Origin: a virus
Taxonomy: Duplodnaviria; Caudoviricetes
Length of the DNA: 42,956 nt
Virus record (IMG/VR): IMGVR_UViG_3300048670_000236
Location: 1 to 42,956 of that record
Direction: 5' to 3' (one strand)
Below the pieces are notes generated by a model that was not told where the DNA came from, did no database searches, and saw only the letters and a program-made list of their open reading frames with translations. Positions within the stretch are counted from its first letter, which is position 1, and every line of letters begins with the position of its first letter. Below are positions 15,333 through 25,545 of this stretch, piece after piece. A program made the translations under genes and the position numbers.

Positions 15333-18300
15333 TTACGTCCTGAACCCAATCATCGTCACCTTGAGACCTGCAGCCACGTTGCCCGCTGTGTTGTTCTGGG
15401 CGAAGATCGTGACGATGTCATCGTCAGCGAACGTCATTGGGCTGGTTGTGAGCACTGCCGGCGTAACTGCCGTCAGTGTTGTCAGTTCGGTGTTGTCGAA
15501 GGTCATCTGCGTTGAGAAGATCGATGTGCCGTTCTTGCGAACGTCCACCGTGAACAGTGTGGCACCGGTAGCCTGCGCCGCGTTGAGCGAGGCCTTGATG
15601 CTTGTCATCGTGAACGCATACGGCATGCGGAAGGTGACTTTCGGCACAGACGAGCTGAGCACGATACCTGCCGTTGTTTCGTCGGAGCACGCGATGATGA
15701 TCGCTTCCTGTGCACGCACGTCACGCAGGGCAAGCTTTCGCATACCCACAGCGTTTGCTGAGTAGATCGGAACGAAGTCCGCTGTACCACTCACCGTTGC
15801 CGGTGCCGAGGTCATCGGGTTCACGTCCATAGCCACTGTCAGCGTTGTACCTGCTCCACCATCGGTGAAGCCGATACCTGCGCCTGCCGTCAGGACACGC
15901 TCAGCCGTCAGTGTGGCGTCCGTGCCCAGAGTCAGGTAGGAAGCACCTGTTGGTGCCGCCGCCGCCGCTGTGGCCGCGATGGTGACATCCACCTCTTCGT
16001 TGGCCGCGTCATCCGCGATGGTCAGGGTGACGTTGGAGCCTTCGATGAAGTTGATCTTCCGCCGCGTACCGACTGCCACGCCGGCCTTCGAGACTGCCAC
16101 TCGGGCGTTGTTGCCCAGCGTTGCCGTCTCATCAAAGTCCAGCACACCACCGGTCAACGTGAGCGGAGCGCCCACCGTCAACTCTTCAATGACGCCCGAG
16201 CCTGCGGTCGTGCGACCGAGAATGCGGGACGTGGCGATGTTCGCGATCTTCGCGAGCGTGACTGCACCGTCAGTGATACCTGCCGTTGCAATCGTGCCGA
16301 AGGCCAGGGCTGTGCCTGACCGACGAAGGACGTGTCCGTCCACGCCTGCTGCAATATCCGCGACGTTGGCTGTGGCGTTGCCTGTGACACCAACCACCGA
16401 CAGGGCTGCACCCTGACGGAACTTGGCGTTCGTGATGCCGTTCGTTGCGACACCGATAGTCGCGGCCAGACCTGCACCACCATCCGTGAGCGTGAGTACG
16501 CTGGCTTCAGCAGCCAGCGTGCGCTCGTTGGTCAGCGTTGCGTCGGTCGAGATCGTGACATAGGTCGCCGTCGTAGGCGCACCGGAGCCTGATGGAGCCG
16601 CCCATGTGCCGTCACCGCGCAGGTAGAGTGTGTCCTGCCCAGCGTTCGGTTGAGGAACGAGACCCTTGGTACCGTTGGCCACACCTGTGGCTCCGACCAT
16701 CGCGTTGAGCAATGCCGTCGCCTGTGTGGCTGTGAGGTCTTCCGGGGCACCTGTGCCGGTGTTGCGGCCCTTGAACGTGCCAGCCGTCATGTTGGCCAGC
16801 TTGCCATTGGCAATACCGCTCGTGGCGATACCGATAGTGATGTTGCCACCACCAACGCCGCTGTCCGTAAGAGACAGGACGCCCGACTCGATAGCCAGTA
16901 CGCGCTCGTCCGACAGCCCTGTGTCGGTAGCGTAGGCGATGTACTTGCCCGCTACTGGAGCGCCAGAGCCGCCACCACCACCGTCACCCCACGTGCCGTC
17001 GCCGCGCAGGTACTTGGCCTGATCGCCAGCCGCTGGTGCCGGGACAAGTCCCTTGGTACCACCGGTTCCGGCTGTGGCCCCGCCCATTGCGTTGAGCATG
17101 CCAGTGACTTGCGTCACCGAGAGGTCTTCGATGTTGCCGGTGCCCGCAGTCAAACGACCGCGGATCGTGTTGGTCGCCACCTGAGACAGGTAGGCGTTCG
17201 TGATGCTGTTCGCACCGATGGTCAGCGTCAGGTCGTTCGACAACGCCCCGCCGCCCGAGAGTGGGCCGCTGGTGTTGACGTTGCGGCTGGTCTGGACGAA
17301 GGCTGTCGCCTGCAATCCATCGAGCAGGTCCGCATCGAGGCCAGAGCTTGGCCCGTCTGCCGACTGAAGGAACTGGATCACCTGTGAGGGTGTCAGGTCT
17401 TCCACGTTGCCGGTGCCGGCTGTTACGCGGCCCTTGATCGTGTTGGTGGACACTGTCGCCAGCAAGGCGTTCGTGACACCGTTCGTCGCGATGGCAATCG
17501 TCCGGTCTGCGGACAGATCGCCTCCACCCGTCAGGCCTGTACCCGCCGAGACCAGACGCGAGGTCTGCGTCAGGGCTGAGCCTTGGATGCCGTCAACTGT
17601 GTCGGCGTCGAGGCCAGAGCCAGGACCGTCAGCCGTCGAGATGATCGAGACGAGGTTGCCAGCCGTCAGGTCTTCCGGCGAACCGGTGCTGCCTGTGATG
17701 CGGCCTTTGACCGTGTTCGGGGACATGTTGGACAGCATGGTGTTGACCACGCCGCCACCGGCAATGCCGATGGTCTGGTCAGTGGCCAGCGTGCCGCCGC
17801 CTTCCATGCCCGCGCCTGCGAGCACCTGACGCGATGTCTGCACAAGGCTTGCGCCTTGGATGCCATCCACCGTGTCTGCGTCAAGACCTGTGCCTGCACC
17901 GTCTGCGGTCGTGATGATCGAGACGAGCTGAGCGGCTGTGAGGTCTTCCGGGTCGCCGGTACCGCTGCTTACGCGGCCCTTGATCCGGTTCTGCGCCATG
18001 TCGGCGAGCTTGGTGTTCGACACACCGTTGTCCGCGAGGGACACAGTGAGCGTGCTGCCTGCGCCGCCATCGGTGAAGCCCACACCGGTTCCGGCAGTGA
18101 GCACGCGCTCGTTGGTGAGCGTGGTGTTGGTGGCGAGTGTAAGGTACTGCGCTGCGGACGGGGCGGTGTTGGGATCGATGGTCCCGCCAAGCTGCTCGCC
18201 CTGGTACAGCGTGATGTTGCCCGAGGCGTCGAAGCCAAGGTAACGGTTGGCGCGAGCCGTCGCAGAGGGGATAGGACCGATGTCGGCTTCCTTGTCAGGA

Positions 18301-18641
18301 ACCCGCAGGGCCTTTGCCTTCGCGTCTCTCGCGGTGTCGATAGCTTCCTGCGCCAGATTGAATGACTGCAGGGAGAGTGCTTCGAGGTTGTCTTTGTCGA
18401 TCTGGTTGACGGAGAGCCATTGCGTCAGTCGTGCCGCTTCGCTTGTGGCGCGGCGGATTTCGATCAAGGCTCCGACTGCTGGTGCAGTGTTCAACGTCAC
18501 TGTCGATGAGGTGGCCCAAGTGAACGGGACCGAAACCCCGTCAACGTAGACCGCCACGTCGCCTCTCAGGCGATATGAGAAGGGGACACTGTACGGTCCC
18601 GTACTCCCCGCCGATGTGTAGCGGGCGTAGCTGTATGCCAT
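15333..18641 (-). CDS. Tail fibre (T7 gp17-like N-terminus, modular repeats)
   Basis: YSVPFSY...VYVDG...IEIRRAT anchor domain; several internal repeat families; ATG 18641 behind AGGA. Confidence 0.9.
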   Translation of the reverse strand: MAYSYARYTSAGSTGPYSVPFSYRLRGDVAVYVDGVSVPFTWATSSTVTLNTAPAVGALIEIRRATSEAARLTQWLSVNQIDKDNLEALSLQSFNLAQEAIDTARDAKAKALRVPDKEADIGPIPSATARANRYLGFDASGNITLYQGEQLGGTIDPNTAPSAAQYLTLATNTTLTNERVLTAGTGVGFTDGGAGSTLTVSLADNGVSNTKLADMAQNRIKGRVSSGTGDPEDLTAAQLVSIITTADGAGTGLDADTVDGIQGASLVQTSRQVLAGAGMEGGGTLATDQTIGIAGGGVVNTMLSNMSPNTVKGRITGSTGSPEDLTAGNLVSIISTADGPGSGLDADTVDGIQGSALTQTSRLVSAGTGLTGGGDLSADRTIAIATNGVTNALLATVSTNTIKGRVTAGTGNVEDLTPSQVIQFLQSADGPSSGLDADLLDGLQATAFVQTSRNVNTSGPLSGGGALSNDLTLTIGANSITNAYLSQVATNTIRGRLTAGTGNIEDLSVTQVTGMLNAMGGATAGTGGTKGLVPAPAAGDQAKYLRGDGTWGDGGGGGSGAPVAGKYIAYATDTGLSDERVLAIESGVLSLTDSGVGGGNITIGIATSGIANGKLANMTAGTFKGRNTGTGAPEDLTATQATALLNAMVGATGVANGTKGLVPQPNAGQDTLYLRGDGTWAAPSGSGAPTTATYVTISTDATLTNERTLAAEASVLTLTDGGAGLAATIGVATNGITNAKFRQGAALSVVGVTGNATANVADIAAGVDGHVLRRSGTALAFGTIATAGITDGAVTLAKIANIATSRILGRTTAGSGVIEELTVGAPLTLTGGVLDFDETATLGNNARVAVSKAGVAVGTRRKINFIEGSNVTLTIADDAANEEVDVTIAATAAAAAPTGASYLTLGTDATLTAERVLTAGAGIGFTDGGAGTTLTVAMDVNPMTSAPATVSGTADFVPIYSANAVGMRKLALRDVRAQEAIIIACSDETTAGIVLSSSVPKVTFRMPYAFTMTSIKASLNAAQATGATLFTVDVRKNGTSIFSTQMTFDNTELTTLTAVTPAVLTTSPMTFADDDIVTIFAQNNTAGNVAAGLKVTMIGFRT
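17110..18040 (-). repeat. About 3.5 tandem 273-bp (91-aa) repeats in the tail fibre
   Basis: LDAD(T/L)(V/L)DG recurs at exact 273-bp spacing (17882, 17609, 17336) with KGR...TG..EDL units. Confidence 0.85.
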
Positions 18642-18660
18642 TTCATTTCCTGAATGGTGA

Positions 18661-18680
18661 GTGGGGGATTGCTCCCCCAC
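18661..18680 (-). other. GCAA-tetraloop hairpin before the fibre gene (processing or stability element)
   Basis: GTGGGGGA-GCAA-TCCCCCAC with no U-tract. Confidence 0.5.
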
Positions 18681-18689
18681 CAGTTGTTG

Positions 18690-21600
18690 TTACTGCAGAG
18701 CCTTGATGGCTGCGTCTTGACGCGCTGCCGGCGACCTGCGCTGTGTGTCCTCTTCGAGACGCTTGGCGAGGTCTGGGTACTCCTGCATGAGCTGCTCTTT
18801 CGCGAGCGAGCGGTAGGCACCAAAGATGCGCCGCACTTCTTCCTCGATGGGGCTTTTGATCTGCTCCCCAAACTCGTCCCGCTGGGGGCCGATGTTGCCG
18901 TACTCGGCCTGAAGCTCGCTTACGCGGGTCTCCAGTTCCTGCTTGAGCGTGCGACCTGTGCCCTCATCAACGACCTGTCCGGTCAGTTCAAGGAACCTGT
19001 CATAGGCATCCTGTCCCTTCGCGTTCTTGAAGTCGGTGAGGTTGACGTTCCCGATCTTGCGGGGCGGGTGCTTGAACGTGATCTGCGCCTTCAGGAGCTG
19101 CTCCTTCACAGGAGAGTCCGCAGGCAAGGCCATTGTGAATGGCGACATCCAGTTCGGCACTTCGCCGAAGAGCCAGCCAGTGTTCTTGGCAATCGGCTCG
19201 CCGGTCATGTCCCGCTTCGGTGGAAGGCCGGCGTCTCCGCCAAACATCCACAGACGGTTCATGGTCTGATCGAGAATGCCGCGCGTCTCGCGCAGCGTGT
19301 CATCTGGGTTCATCTGGGACGTGAAGTTCGGAACCAGCGAGGCAACTTGCTTGCCCACTGATCGCGTGAACTGATCCGTCCGTGCTTCATCGTCCTTCGC
19401 GAAGCCAGACCCGATGAGGTCTGCCACGTCGGAGATGCCGGTCAGGTACGACTTGTTCTTCAGATTGTCACCGATGCCGATAGCGGCTGCGACGAACGCC
19501 TGAGTGATGTCAGTGCCCTCGTGCTGGTAAGCTGCCGCCAGGTCCGCAGCGATGCCGAAGGGCAGCGCATACGGGTCGAGACGGTTGAACTGTACCCAGC
19601 GTCCGCTGGACTGATCGTAGAACGAGTAAGGCAGTCGCCCAGACTCTTGGAAGGTCTTGAGCATCTGTGGGTCACTTGGTGCCCTGCCGATGATCATGCC
19701 CTGCGATGCGTAGTACAGCGCAGTGCCCATCACGAATGTGCCGAATGCCATCTTGCCGACAGCCTCTGCCCGCTTGGCGGGATCGGTACTGTGCAGCGCC
19801 GCGCGGTAGCGCGATGACAGCAGGTTGGCCCCCGGGAACATCTGGATGCCCTCGGAGATCAGGTTGGTCGGTGTACGGATGAACGGGAACACGAGCTTCA
19901 GCGGTGGGATGGCGTTTGCCGCTTCTTGGAACCGCTTGCCCCACGGACCCATGTCCTGCGTGAATGTAGCCTCGCGGGCGTACTGCAGGCCTTCTGGATC
20001 GATGGCTGCACCATCGGCGTCGAACGCATTTTTCACATAGTTCTCGACCCAATCGTCAACTTCGGCTTCCTTGAGGATGCCCTTCTGCACGCCTTCAAGC
20101 GCGATTGAGGTACCCTTGGAGGTGACGAAGCTGCGATAGGCGATCTGCTTGAAGAACTCGTCCTGTGCCGTCAGAGCACGCATCGGCAGGTTCGATACCC
20201 CGTCGAGGTACTTCGCTGCCAACTGGGCACTGTCACCCTTGCCTTCGGCCAGAGCCTGAAAGGCAACGCCGTTCTGCTCGTAGGTGTTGTTGTACCCATC
20301 CATGATGCCTTTGTTCTCAACGAACGACTTCCGCATCATGCGCCACGAGTCTGCTGTGGCTGAGCGCATCGCACCAAGCACGCGCAGGTTCTCCCTCGCG
20401 GTCTTGCCGTCTGCCATCAAGAGCGATCCGAGGACACGCAGTGACGGCTTCGTGACGCCCCACAGACCTGTGCCCACGATGTTTGTGATCATCGTGCGCG
20501 GGCCATAGAGGAGTGCGCCGGTACGCCATTGGATCAGTGCGTCCCACGACTTGTGCAGCATGATGCGCTTCGCTGCTTCGGCTGCTTTCGCGGGTGCGAG
20601 GCGAGCGATGACGAGCTGAGCCATCTTCCGGTCACCCGGGAACTGCTTCACCGCGCGGAGGATTTCGTCTGGTATATCCGTGCTGACCGTCTGGATGTTG
20701 CCCACCCATGTCGTGGTCGCTGCCCTGTGACGCACGAGCGTCAGGTCAGGCAGCATGCCCTGCAGCATGGACAGGTCACGCGCGAACATCTCATCGAGTT
20801 CCTTGGTCGCCATACCGGCTTCCGCGTGAGCGTTGATCTTCGCAGCGGTCTTGACCATGCGATTGCCAACCGATGCCATTGCCATCTTCGTCGCGAGGAC
20901 GAGGGACGGCATGTCCACCGAGGTGTCCCCGAGTTGCCGCATCTTGGCGAGCAGCACCCGCGGATTTTCGAGGAAGGCGTCAGCCAGCTCTTGGATGTAC
21001 TTCTGCGTCAGCTTCTGATCGACCTTCACGCCGTTCTGGCGCAGGATGTCAGCGGCCTGGCCGATGGCTTCCTTCACTTCGTCCGACGTTGTCCAGCGTG
21101 CGCTGTTGAACGTCTTGTCGAAGGCTTCCATCGAGGCTTCTGGACTCTTGCCCATCGCCTCTGCGAACTCTTTCGCAGCCTGCTTCGAGACGGACAGGAT
21201 GACCGGCTCTCCGCGCACGGGGGCTTCGAATGCCCTCGGCGTGGCACCGTCAGACACAGGGATTTCAGCCCCGGCCTTCTTGCCACCAGCAGCCTTCTTG
21301 CCGGCCTGCTCGCCGCCTTCCTTGGCAGCAGGAGCTGCTTTGGCGGGCTTCGGCTTGACCGCAGAGTATCGAGGTGCTGTGGGTGTCGGTAGCGTGGCAG
21401 ACATGAGTGGCCGGCCACTGTCGATGTCATTGGGGTACACAGCAGCCCGCATGTCGCCGACTTGCCTTGTACCAGCGGCCTCTGCGGTCGCCTGCCCAAC
21501 ATCCACACCTTCCGTGCCCACACGAACAGCCGCTGCGTCCTGCGCTGCCTGCCCCTGTGTGAGGGCCTGCATGCTCTCTTCAAGCGTCCTGAACGGGCCG

Positions 21601-22709
21601 CTCTGGATCGGGAGAGGTCCCGGCGTGTTGACGCTGATGTCACCCAGTGCGCCGATGCTGTCCGGGTTGAAGGTTGGATCAACGGGAGGCGCGGACTTGA
21701 TGTCGTAGTAGGCATTGGTCGGAGCTGCCTGTGCGGCCCTGCGAGCGTAGAAGGAACCGGAGTCCCATTCCATCTTCTCAGGGTCGAAGAACGGTTGGCC
21801 GGTCTCCTTGGCAATCTCATCGGCCTGCTCAATGGCAGTCTCGAATGCCTCGGCGGCAGCTTTCTCTTCGCCCTTCTCAGCGGCCTTGTAGGCAGTCTTC
21901 ATGTTCTTGAAGACGCCCCAGAGCTTCTCGCCCAGCCACTCGACGGGCTTACCGACGATCTCGCCGACGAGGAAGCCTTCCGCTGCATTCTTGAAGCGGG
22001 CTTCCCAGACGCTGTCATCCTCGTTGCCTTCAGCCGCGAAGTAGTTCACGACGAAGTTGTCATCGAGGCCAGGGATTTCTGACTTCTTCAGGAGGTCCGC
22101 AACGCCTTCAGCGAACGGGTCCTGCCCGAAGGCATCGGCTGCACCGCCGGCCAAGCCCCATCGCAGGACATTGGAGCCGATACCAGCCACCTTCAGGAAC
22201 TTGTTGTAGCCCGCGAACGAGGCAATGAACGACAGGATGCCTGCCGTGGTCTCTTCTGCGGGACCTGCGGACCACCCCTTGCCACGCTCGCGCGTAGCCA
22301 CGTCGGTGATGCCGAGGCTATTGGTTACGTCGAAGAGCGAGCGACCGGTCTCAAAGAGAGTCTGGTCTACTGCGTCCCCGATAATCGCTGTGGGTGAGAA
22401 CCCATCGGCGAGCGGATTGAGTCCGTCCGTCGCCCAGCGTTCAATGTCTTGGAACTTGCGAACCGCTGTCTCCCAAGAGGACTTCTCCTGCTTGGAAGCG
22501 GCATAGGGGTCGTACCCTTCGGCCCATACCTTCTCTTCGAGGCCCGTCATCCGGGGCGGCGTTCCCGCAGGAGCCGCAACGGTAGGAAGAGCTTCGTCGG
22601 GCATTGACATGATCATGTCAAGCTCGCGCTGATACTCTTCAGGCGTCATGTTCTGGTACGGATCAGAGGTGCCCGTCTGCGTCCCCGCAGGGTTGAGAGG
22701 GTCTGCCAT
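18690..22709 (-). CDS. Internal virion protein D (gp16-like)
   Basis: 1339 aa, position before the fibre, QDEFFKQ, PFIRTPTN and RLDP motifs. Confidence 0.85.
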   Translation of the reverse strand: MADPLNPAGTQTGTSDPYQNMTPEEYQRELDMIMSMPDEALPTVAAPAGTPPRMTGLEEKVWAEGYDPYAASKQEKSSWETAVRKFQDIERWATDGLNPLADGFSPTAIIGDAVDQTLFETGRSLFDVTNSLGITDVATRERGKGWSAGPAEETTAGILSFIASFAGYNKFLKVAGIGSNVLRWGLAGGAADAFGQDPFAEGVADLLKKSEIPGLDDNFVVNYFAAEGNEDDSVWEARFKNAAEGFLVGEIVGKPVEWLGEKLWGVFKNMKTAYKAAEKGEEKAAAEAFETAIEQADEIAKETGQPFFDPEKMEWDSGSFYARRAAQAAPTNAYYDIKSAPPVDPTFNPDSIGALGDISVNTPGPLPIQSGPFRTLEESMQALTQGQAAQDAAAVRVGTEGVDVGQATAEAAGTRQVGDMRAAVYPNDIDSGRPLMSATLPTPTAPRYSAVKPKPAKAAPAAKEGGEQAGKKAAGGKKAGAEIPVSDGATPRAFEAPVRGEPVILSVSKQAAKEFAEAMGKSPEASMEAFDKTFNSARWTTSDEVKEAIGQAADILRQNGVKVDQKLTQKYIQELADAFLENPRVLLAKMRQLGDTSVDMPSLVLATKMAMASVGNRMVKTAAKINAHAEAGMATKELDEMFARDLSMLQGMLPDLTLVRHRAATTTWVGNIQTVSTDIPDEILRAVKQFPGDRKMAQLVIARLAPAKAAEAAKRIMLHKSWDALIQWRTGALLYGPRTMITNIVGTGLWGVTKPSLRVLGSLLMADGKTARENLRVLGAMRSATADSWRMMRKSFVENKGIMDGYNNTYEQNGVAFQALAEGKGDSAQLAAKYLDGVSNLPMRALTAQDEFFKQIAYRSFVTSKGTSIALEGVQKGILKEAEVDDWVENYVKNAFDADGAAIDPEGLQYAREATFTQDMGPWGKRFQEAANAIPPLKLVFPFIRTPTNLISEGIQMFPGANLLSSRYRAALHSTDPAKRAEAVGKMAFGTFVMGTALYYASQGMIIGRAPSDPQMLKTFQESGRLPYSFYDQSSGRWVQFNRLDPYALPFGIAADLAAAYQHEGTDITQAFVAAAIGIGDNLKNKSYLTGISDVADLIGSGFAKDDEARTDQFTRSVGKQVASLVPNFTSQMNPDDTLRETRGILDQTMNRLWMFGGDAGLPPKRDMTGEPIAKNTGWLFGEVPNWMSPFTMALPADSPVKEQLLKAQITFKHPPRKIGNVNLTDFKNAKGQDAYDRFLELTGQVVDEGTGRTLKQELETRVSELQAEYGNIGPQRDEFGEQIKSPIEEEVRRIFGAYRSLAKEQLMQEYPDLAKRLEEDTQRRSPAARQDAAIKALQ

Positions 22710-22718
22710 CTATGTCCT

Positions 22719-24578
22719 TTATTTCTTCTGAGGTTGCTGTGACTGAGCCGTGGCGTAGAATTTCTTCTGGCCCCGCTTCAGATACTCCGCGAGTGCGGCG
22801 CGTGGATTTGTAGTGTCGATGCCGACCGTAGACATGACGCGAAGAAGCGCCTGCTTCTCCGGTGTGTTCGTGCCCTCGGTGATGCTCTTCATCGCGACGG
22901 TAAAGAGTGCCGGCGACATGAGAGGCTTCGTGGTGAGGAGACGGTTGACCACTTCCGCGGGCTTCCCACGCATGGCCTGAATCTCAGGCATCGATGCGAC
23001 GGGCTGCAGTTGGAGTGAGCTTGTCTGGCCTTTGGCCGGTGCCTTGATCCCACCGGGAGGCAGGGGGACACCATTCGTGTCGAGGTTGCTCTGGGGCACG
23101 GGAGCGAACTGTTGGCCCACTTCCTTCTGCAACCGACGCAGCTCATCGAGTTCCTTCTTGACCTCGGTCGGAAGGTTCTCTTTGGGCACCTTGCGTGCGG
23201 TGGCATTGCGGATGGCCTGTGCCATCTGGCGCGTGTTGATCGCGGCAGTGGCTTCGTCCTTGTTCCTGTTCATTTCGAACAGGCGTGTCTCAAGCTCTGG
23301 ATACTGTGCGAAGATCGACTTGCCATTTTGCACGTGCTGGTTCCACGTCTGGGCGAAGGCATCGAGATCGCCTCGATCACCACCGGCAGCGGAGATGTCC
23401 TTCACGTACTCGGCATATGTCTTGTTCGGACCATTCTGCATGATGTCGGAGTAGATGTCCGTCACCAGCCGGTCGGTCCATTCGTTCTTTCGGTTCTTCA
23501 GGATGTTGTTGACGCTCGACACAGCACTGAGAGTCGCTGCTGCGTCCCCACCATTGGCTGCTGCCGCTCGTGCGATCTCGAAAGGATCGACGGCCTGGCC
23601 GGTCTCGGCGACCTTGTTGATCGCGTCGGTCACGGTCTTGCGAGTGCTATCCTGCCGCTCGTTGTCTTCGTTGCTTCGCCGGATGTTGTCCAGCGTCACT
23701 GATGCTTTGAAGGCGTCGTTGCGTGCCTTGTCGAGGATCGCGGTCGCCTTGGTGTTCTTGAGCACCGGGATCAACTGGCCCGTCTTCGCATCCTTGCGGG
23801 AGTACGAGCGGACGAGGTCCACGATGCGGGCGTCACCGGACTCGACTGCGAAGTCTGTCACGGCCTGCAGGAGCTGGGGACCAACTTCCTTACGCAGACC
23901 GATGAAGTCCTGCCTGTTGTAAATCTCATCGAACTTGCCGAAGAGCTTGTCCTTCGTCATGCCGGGAGTCTGGAACAGGTTATAGAACTCGTTGTAGACC
24001 TGCGTCTTCATGTTCTCGGTTGCGACCTGGCGTGCCTCGGCGATGTGCTGGCGCACCATGTTGTCCTCTTCGGGGACAGCATAGGCGTCGAAGCCTGTGT
24101 ACTCGACGCTGTCCAGTTCGCCCTGCTGCTGCAGGAACTCCTGCCGCCACTTGGGCAGAGCGTCCACGAGGGCCTTGCCGTCGATGTCATCGGAGCCAGA
24201 GCCTTCCCAGTTCAGCTTCTTGTCCGCGACGAACGCGGCGTAGGACTGACCGAGGACGCGGCCCTTCTGCTGCTTGTAGCCATAGACCACCCACGGGGAC
24301 GCCATCGGGTCTCCACCCTTCTCGACGTACTCCTTGAATGACTTGGCATCGTCCAGCATGGCGATGCGCTTGCCCTCTTCGATGGCAGCTTTGTTCGCTT
24401 CATCGACCTTCTTGTCGGCGTACTCGCCGAGGCTGCGGTTCACGCTCTTCAGGTTCTGCGCGAGGTCGAGCAGTGGGTTGTCGCGTGGTGCAAATGCGAT
24501 GGCACCCTGAACAGATGTTGCGGGTGCCGATACGGTGTTCAGACCCTGTAGGTCATCGATCTGTTTACGGGGTGCCAT
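22719..24578 (-). CDS. Internal virion protein C (gp15-like)
   Basis: 619 aa helical protein in the expected position. Confidence 0.75.
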   Translation of the reverse strand: MAPRKQIDDLQGLNTVSAPATSVQGAIAFAPRDNPLLDLAQNLKSVNRSLGEYADKKVDEANKAAIEEGKRIAMLDDAKSFKEYVEKGGDPMASPWVVYGYKQQKGRVLGQSYAAFVADKKLNWEGSGSDDIDGKALVDALPKWRQEFLQQQGELDSVEYTGFDAYAVPEEDNMVRQHIAEARQVATENMKTQVYNEFYNLFQTPGMTKDKLFGKFDEIYNRQDFIGLRKEVGPQLLQAVTDFAVESGDARIVDLVRSYSRKDAKTGQLIPVLKNTKATAILDKARNDAFKASVTLDNIRRSNEDNERQDSTRKTVTDAINKVAETGQAVDPFEIARAAAANGGDAAATLSAVSSVNNILKNRKNEWTDRLVTDIYSDIMQNGPNKTYAEYVKDISAAGGDRGDLDAFAQTWNQHVQNGKSIFAQYPELETRLFEMNRNKDEATAAINTRQMAQAIRNATARKVPKENLPTEVKKELDELRRLQKEVGQQFAPVPQSNLDTNGVPLPPGGIKAPAKGQTSSLQLQPVASMPEIQAMRGKPAEVVNRLLTTKPLMSPALFTVAMKSITEGTNTPEKQALLRVMSTVGIDTTNPRAALAEYLKRGQKKFYATAQSQQPQKK

Positions 24579-24587
24579 TGGGTACCT

Positions 24588-25094
24588 TTATGACTTGGGC
24601 GGGGTGGGGAAGAACCGGTTGTACGAGCTGAAGATGTCGCCACCGATGCTCAGAGCTGTCCCCAGTGCGTTCGGGGGCGGGTTCTGGATGATCGTGTTGT
24701 TGCGACGGACTTCGGCTGAGCGGTTCTGGAACTCAAGAGAACGGTTCACGTTCTCAAGGCCCATCTTCTCGCGGGAATAGATCATGCCTTCCTGCATCCC
24801 CACGGACTGCAGAAGACGGTTCACACTGTTGCCATACGCTCCAGACTCGCCGGCAGATGTTGTGGCTGTCGAGGTGGCTCGCAGTGCGGCGCGGTTGTTG
24901 TCGAGGAGCTTCTGTGCTGTGGTAGAAGCTTCTTCGTACTGGCGCGAGATCGCCGCCTCGCGGTCGATCTGGTAGGCCTGCTGCGCGTTGCGCGCTGCTG
25001 CCTTGGCTTGCTGCTGCTGTCCCATATGGCCTGCTACGCCGGTAGCGACCGTCAGTGCCGTTGAGATGGCGAACAGCGTCATTGGTTCACACAC
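24588..25094 (-). CDS. Internal virion protein B (gp14-like)
   Basis: GTG start giving MCEP; AGESGAYGNSV motif. Confidence 0.8.
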   Translation of the reverse strand: MCEPMTLFAISTALTVATGVAGHMGQQQQAKAAARNAQQAYQIDREAAISRQYEEASTTAQKLLDNNRAALRATSTATTSAGESGAYGNSVNRLLQSVGMQEGMIYSREKMGLENVNRSLEFQNRSAEVRRNNTIIQNPPPNALGTALSIGGDIFSSYNRFFPTPPKS

Positions 25095-25545
25095 GGGTGT
25101 ATTTCCAGAATGGGAAGAAGGTGACACCACCGATGTCGGTGGGAAGCTCGTGCTCGATGTTGAAGCCGAGGTGCTTCAGCCAGCGATGCGCTGCCTTGTT
25201 GTTGGCCGAGACCATGTTCTCAAGGTAGTGGTGCTGGGACGCGAGGGCGTCGAAGAAGGTCTTGCTTCGGTATGCGAAGGGACGAGCGATGAGGGGGAAC
25301 TTGTTTGACGTAAGCATCCACGGACAGCCCCATGTGATCAGGTCGCTGATGCCAAACATGGCGTAGACCGTGTTGCGGGGGTCTGAGATGCAGAGGACTT
25401 CCTGACCCCCAAGGAAGGGAAGCAGCAGGGCTTCGAGCGGTTCATGCCCGAATGCCCTGCACTCTTCCACGTCGTGGGGTCTCATGTCCGCTGCCAGCAT
25501 GTGCGCGTCCAGCGTGGTGGCTGGTCGCACGAAGGCATCGGTCAT
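25087..25545 (-). CDS. gp13-like protein (GNAT-like fold)
   Basis: MRPHDVEEC, LENMVSANN, RWLKHLGF; position after the nozzle gene. Confidence 0.8.
   Translation of the reverse strand: MTDAFVRPATTLDAHMLAADMRPHDVEECRAFGHEPLEALLLPFLGGQEVLCISDPRNTVYAMFGISDLITWGCPWMLTSNKFPLIARPFAYRSKTFFDALASQHHYLENMVSANNKAAHRWLKHLGFNIEHELPTDIGGVTFFPFWKYTRV

Noticed and set aside
15333-18641. Diversity-generating retroelement or invertible fibre cassette
   Set aside because: No reverse transcriptase or invertase, and no near-identical template repeat
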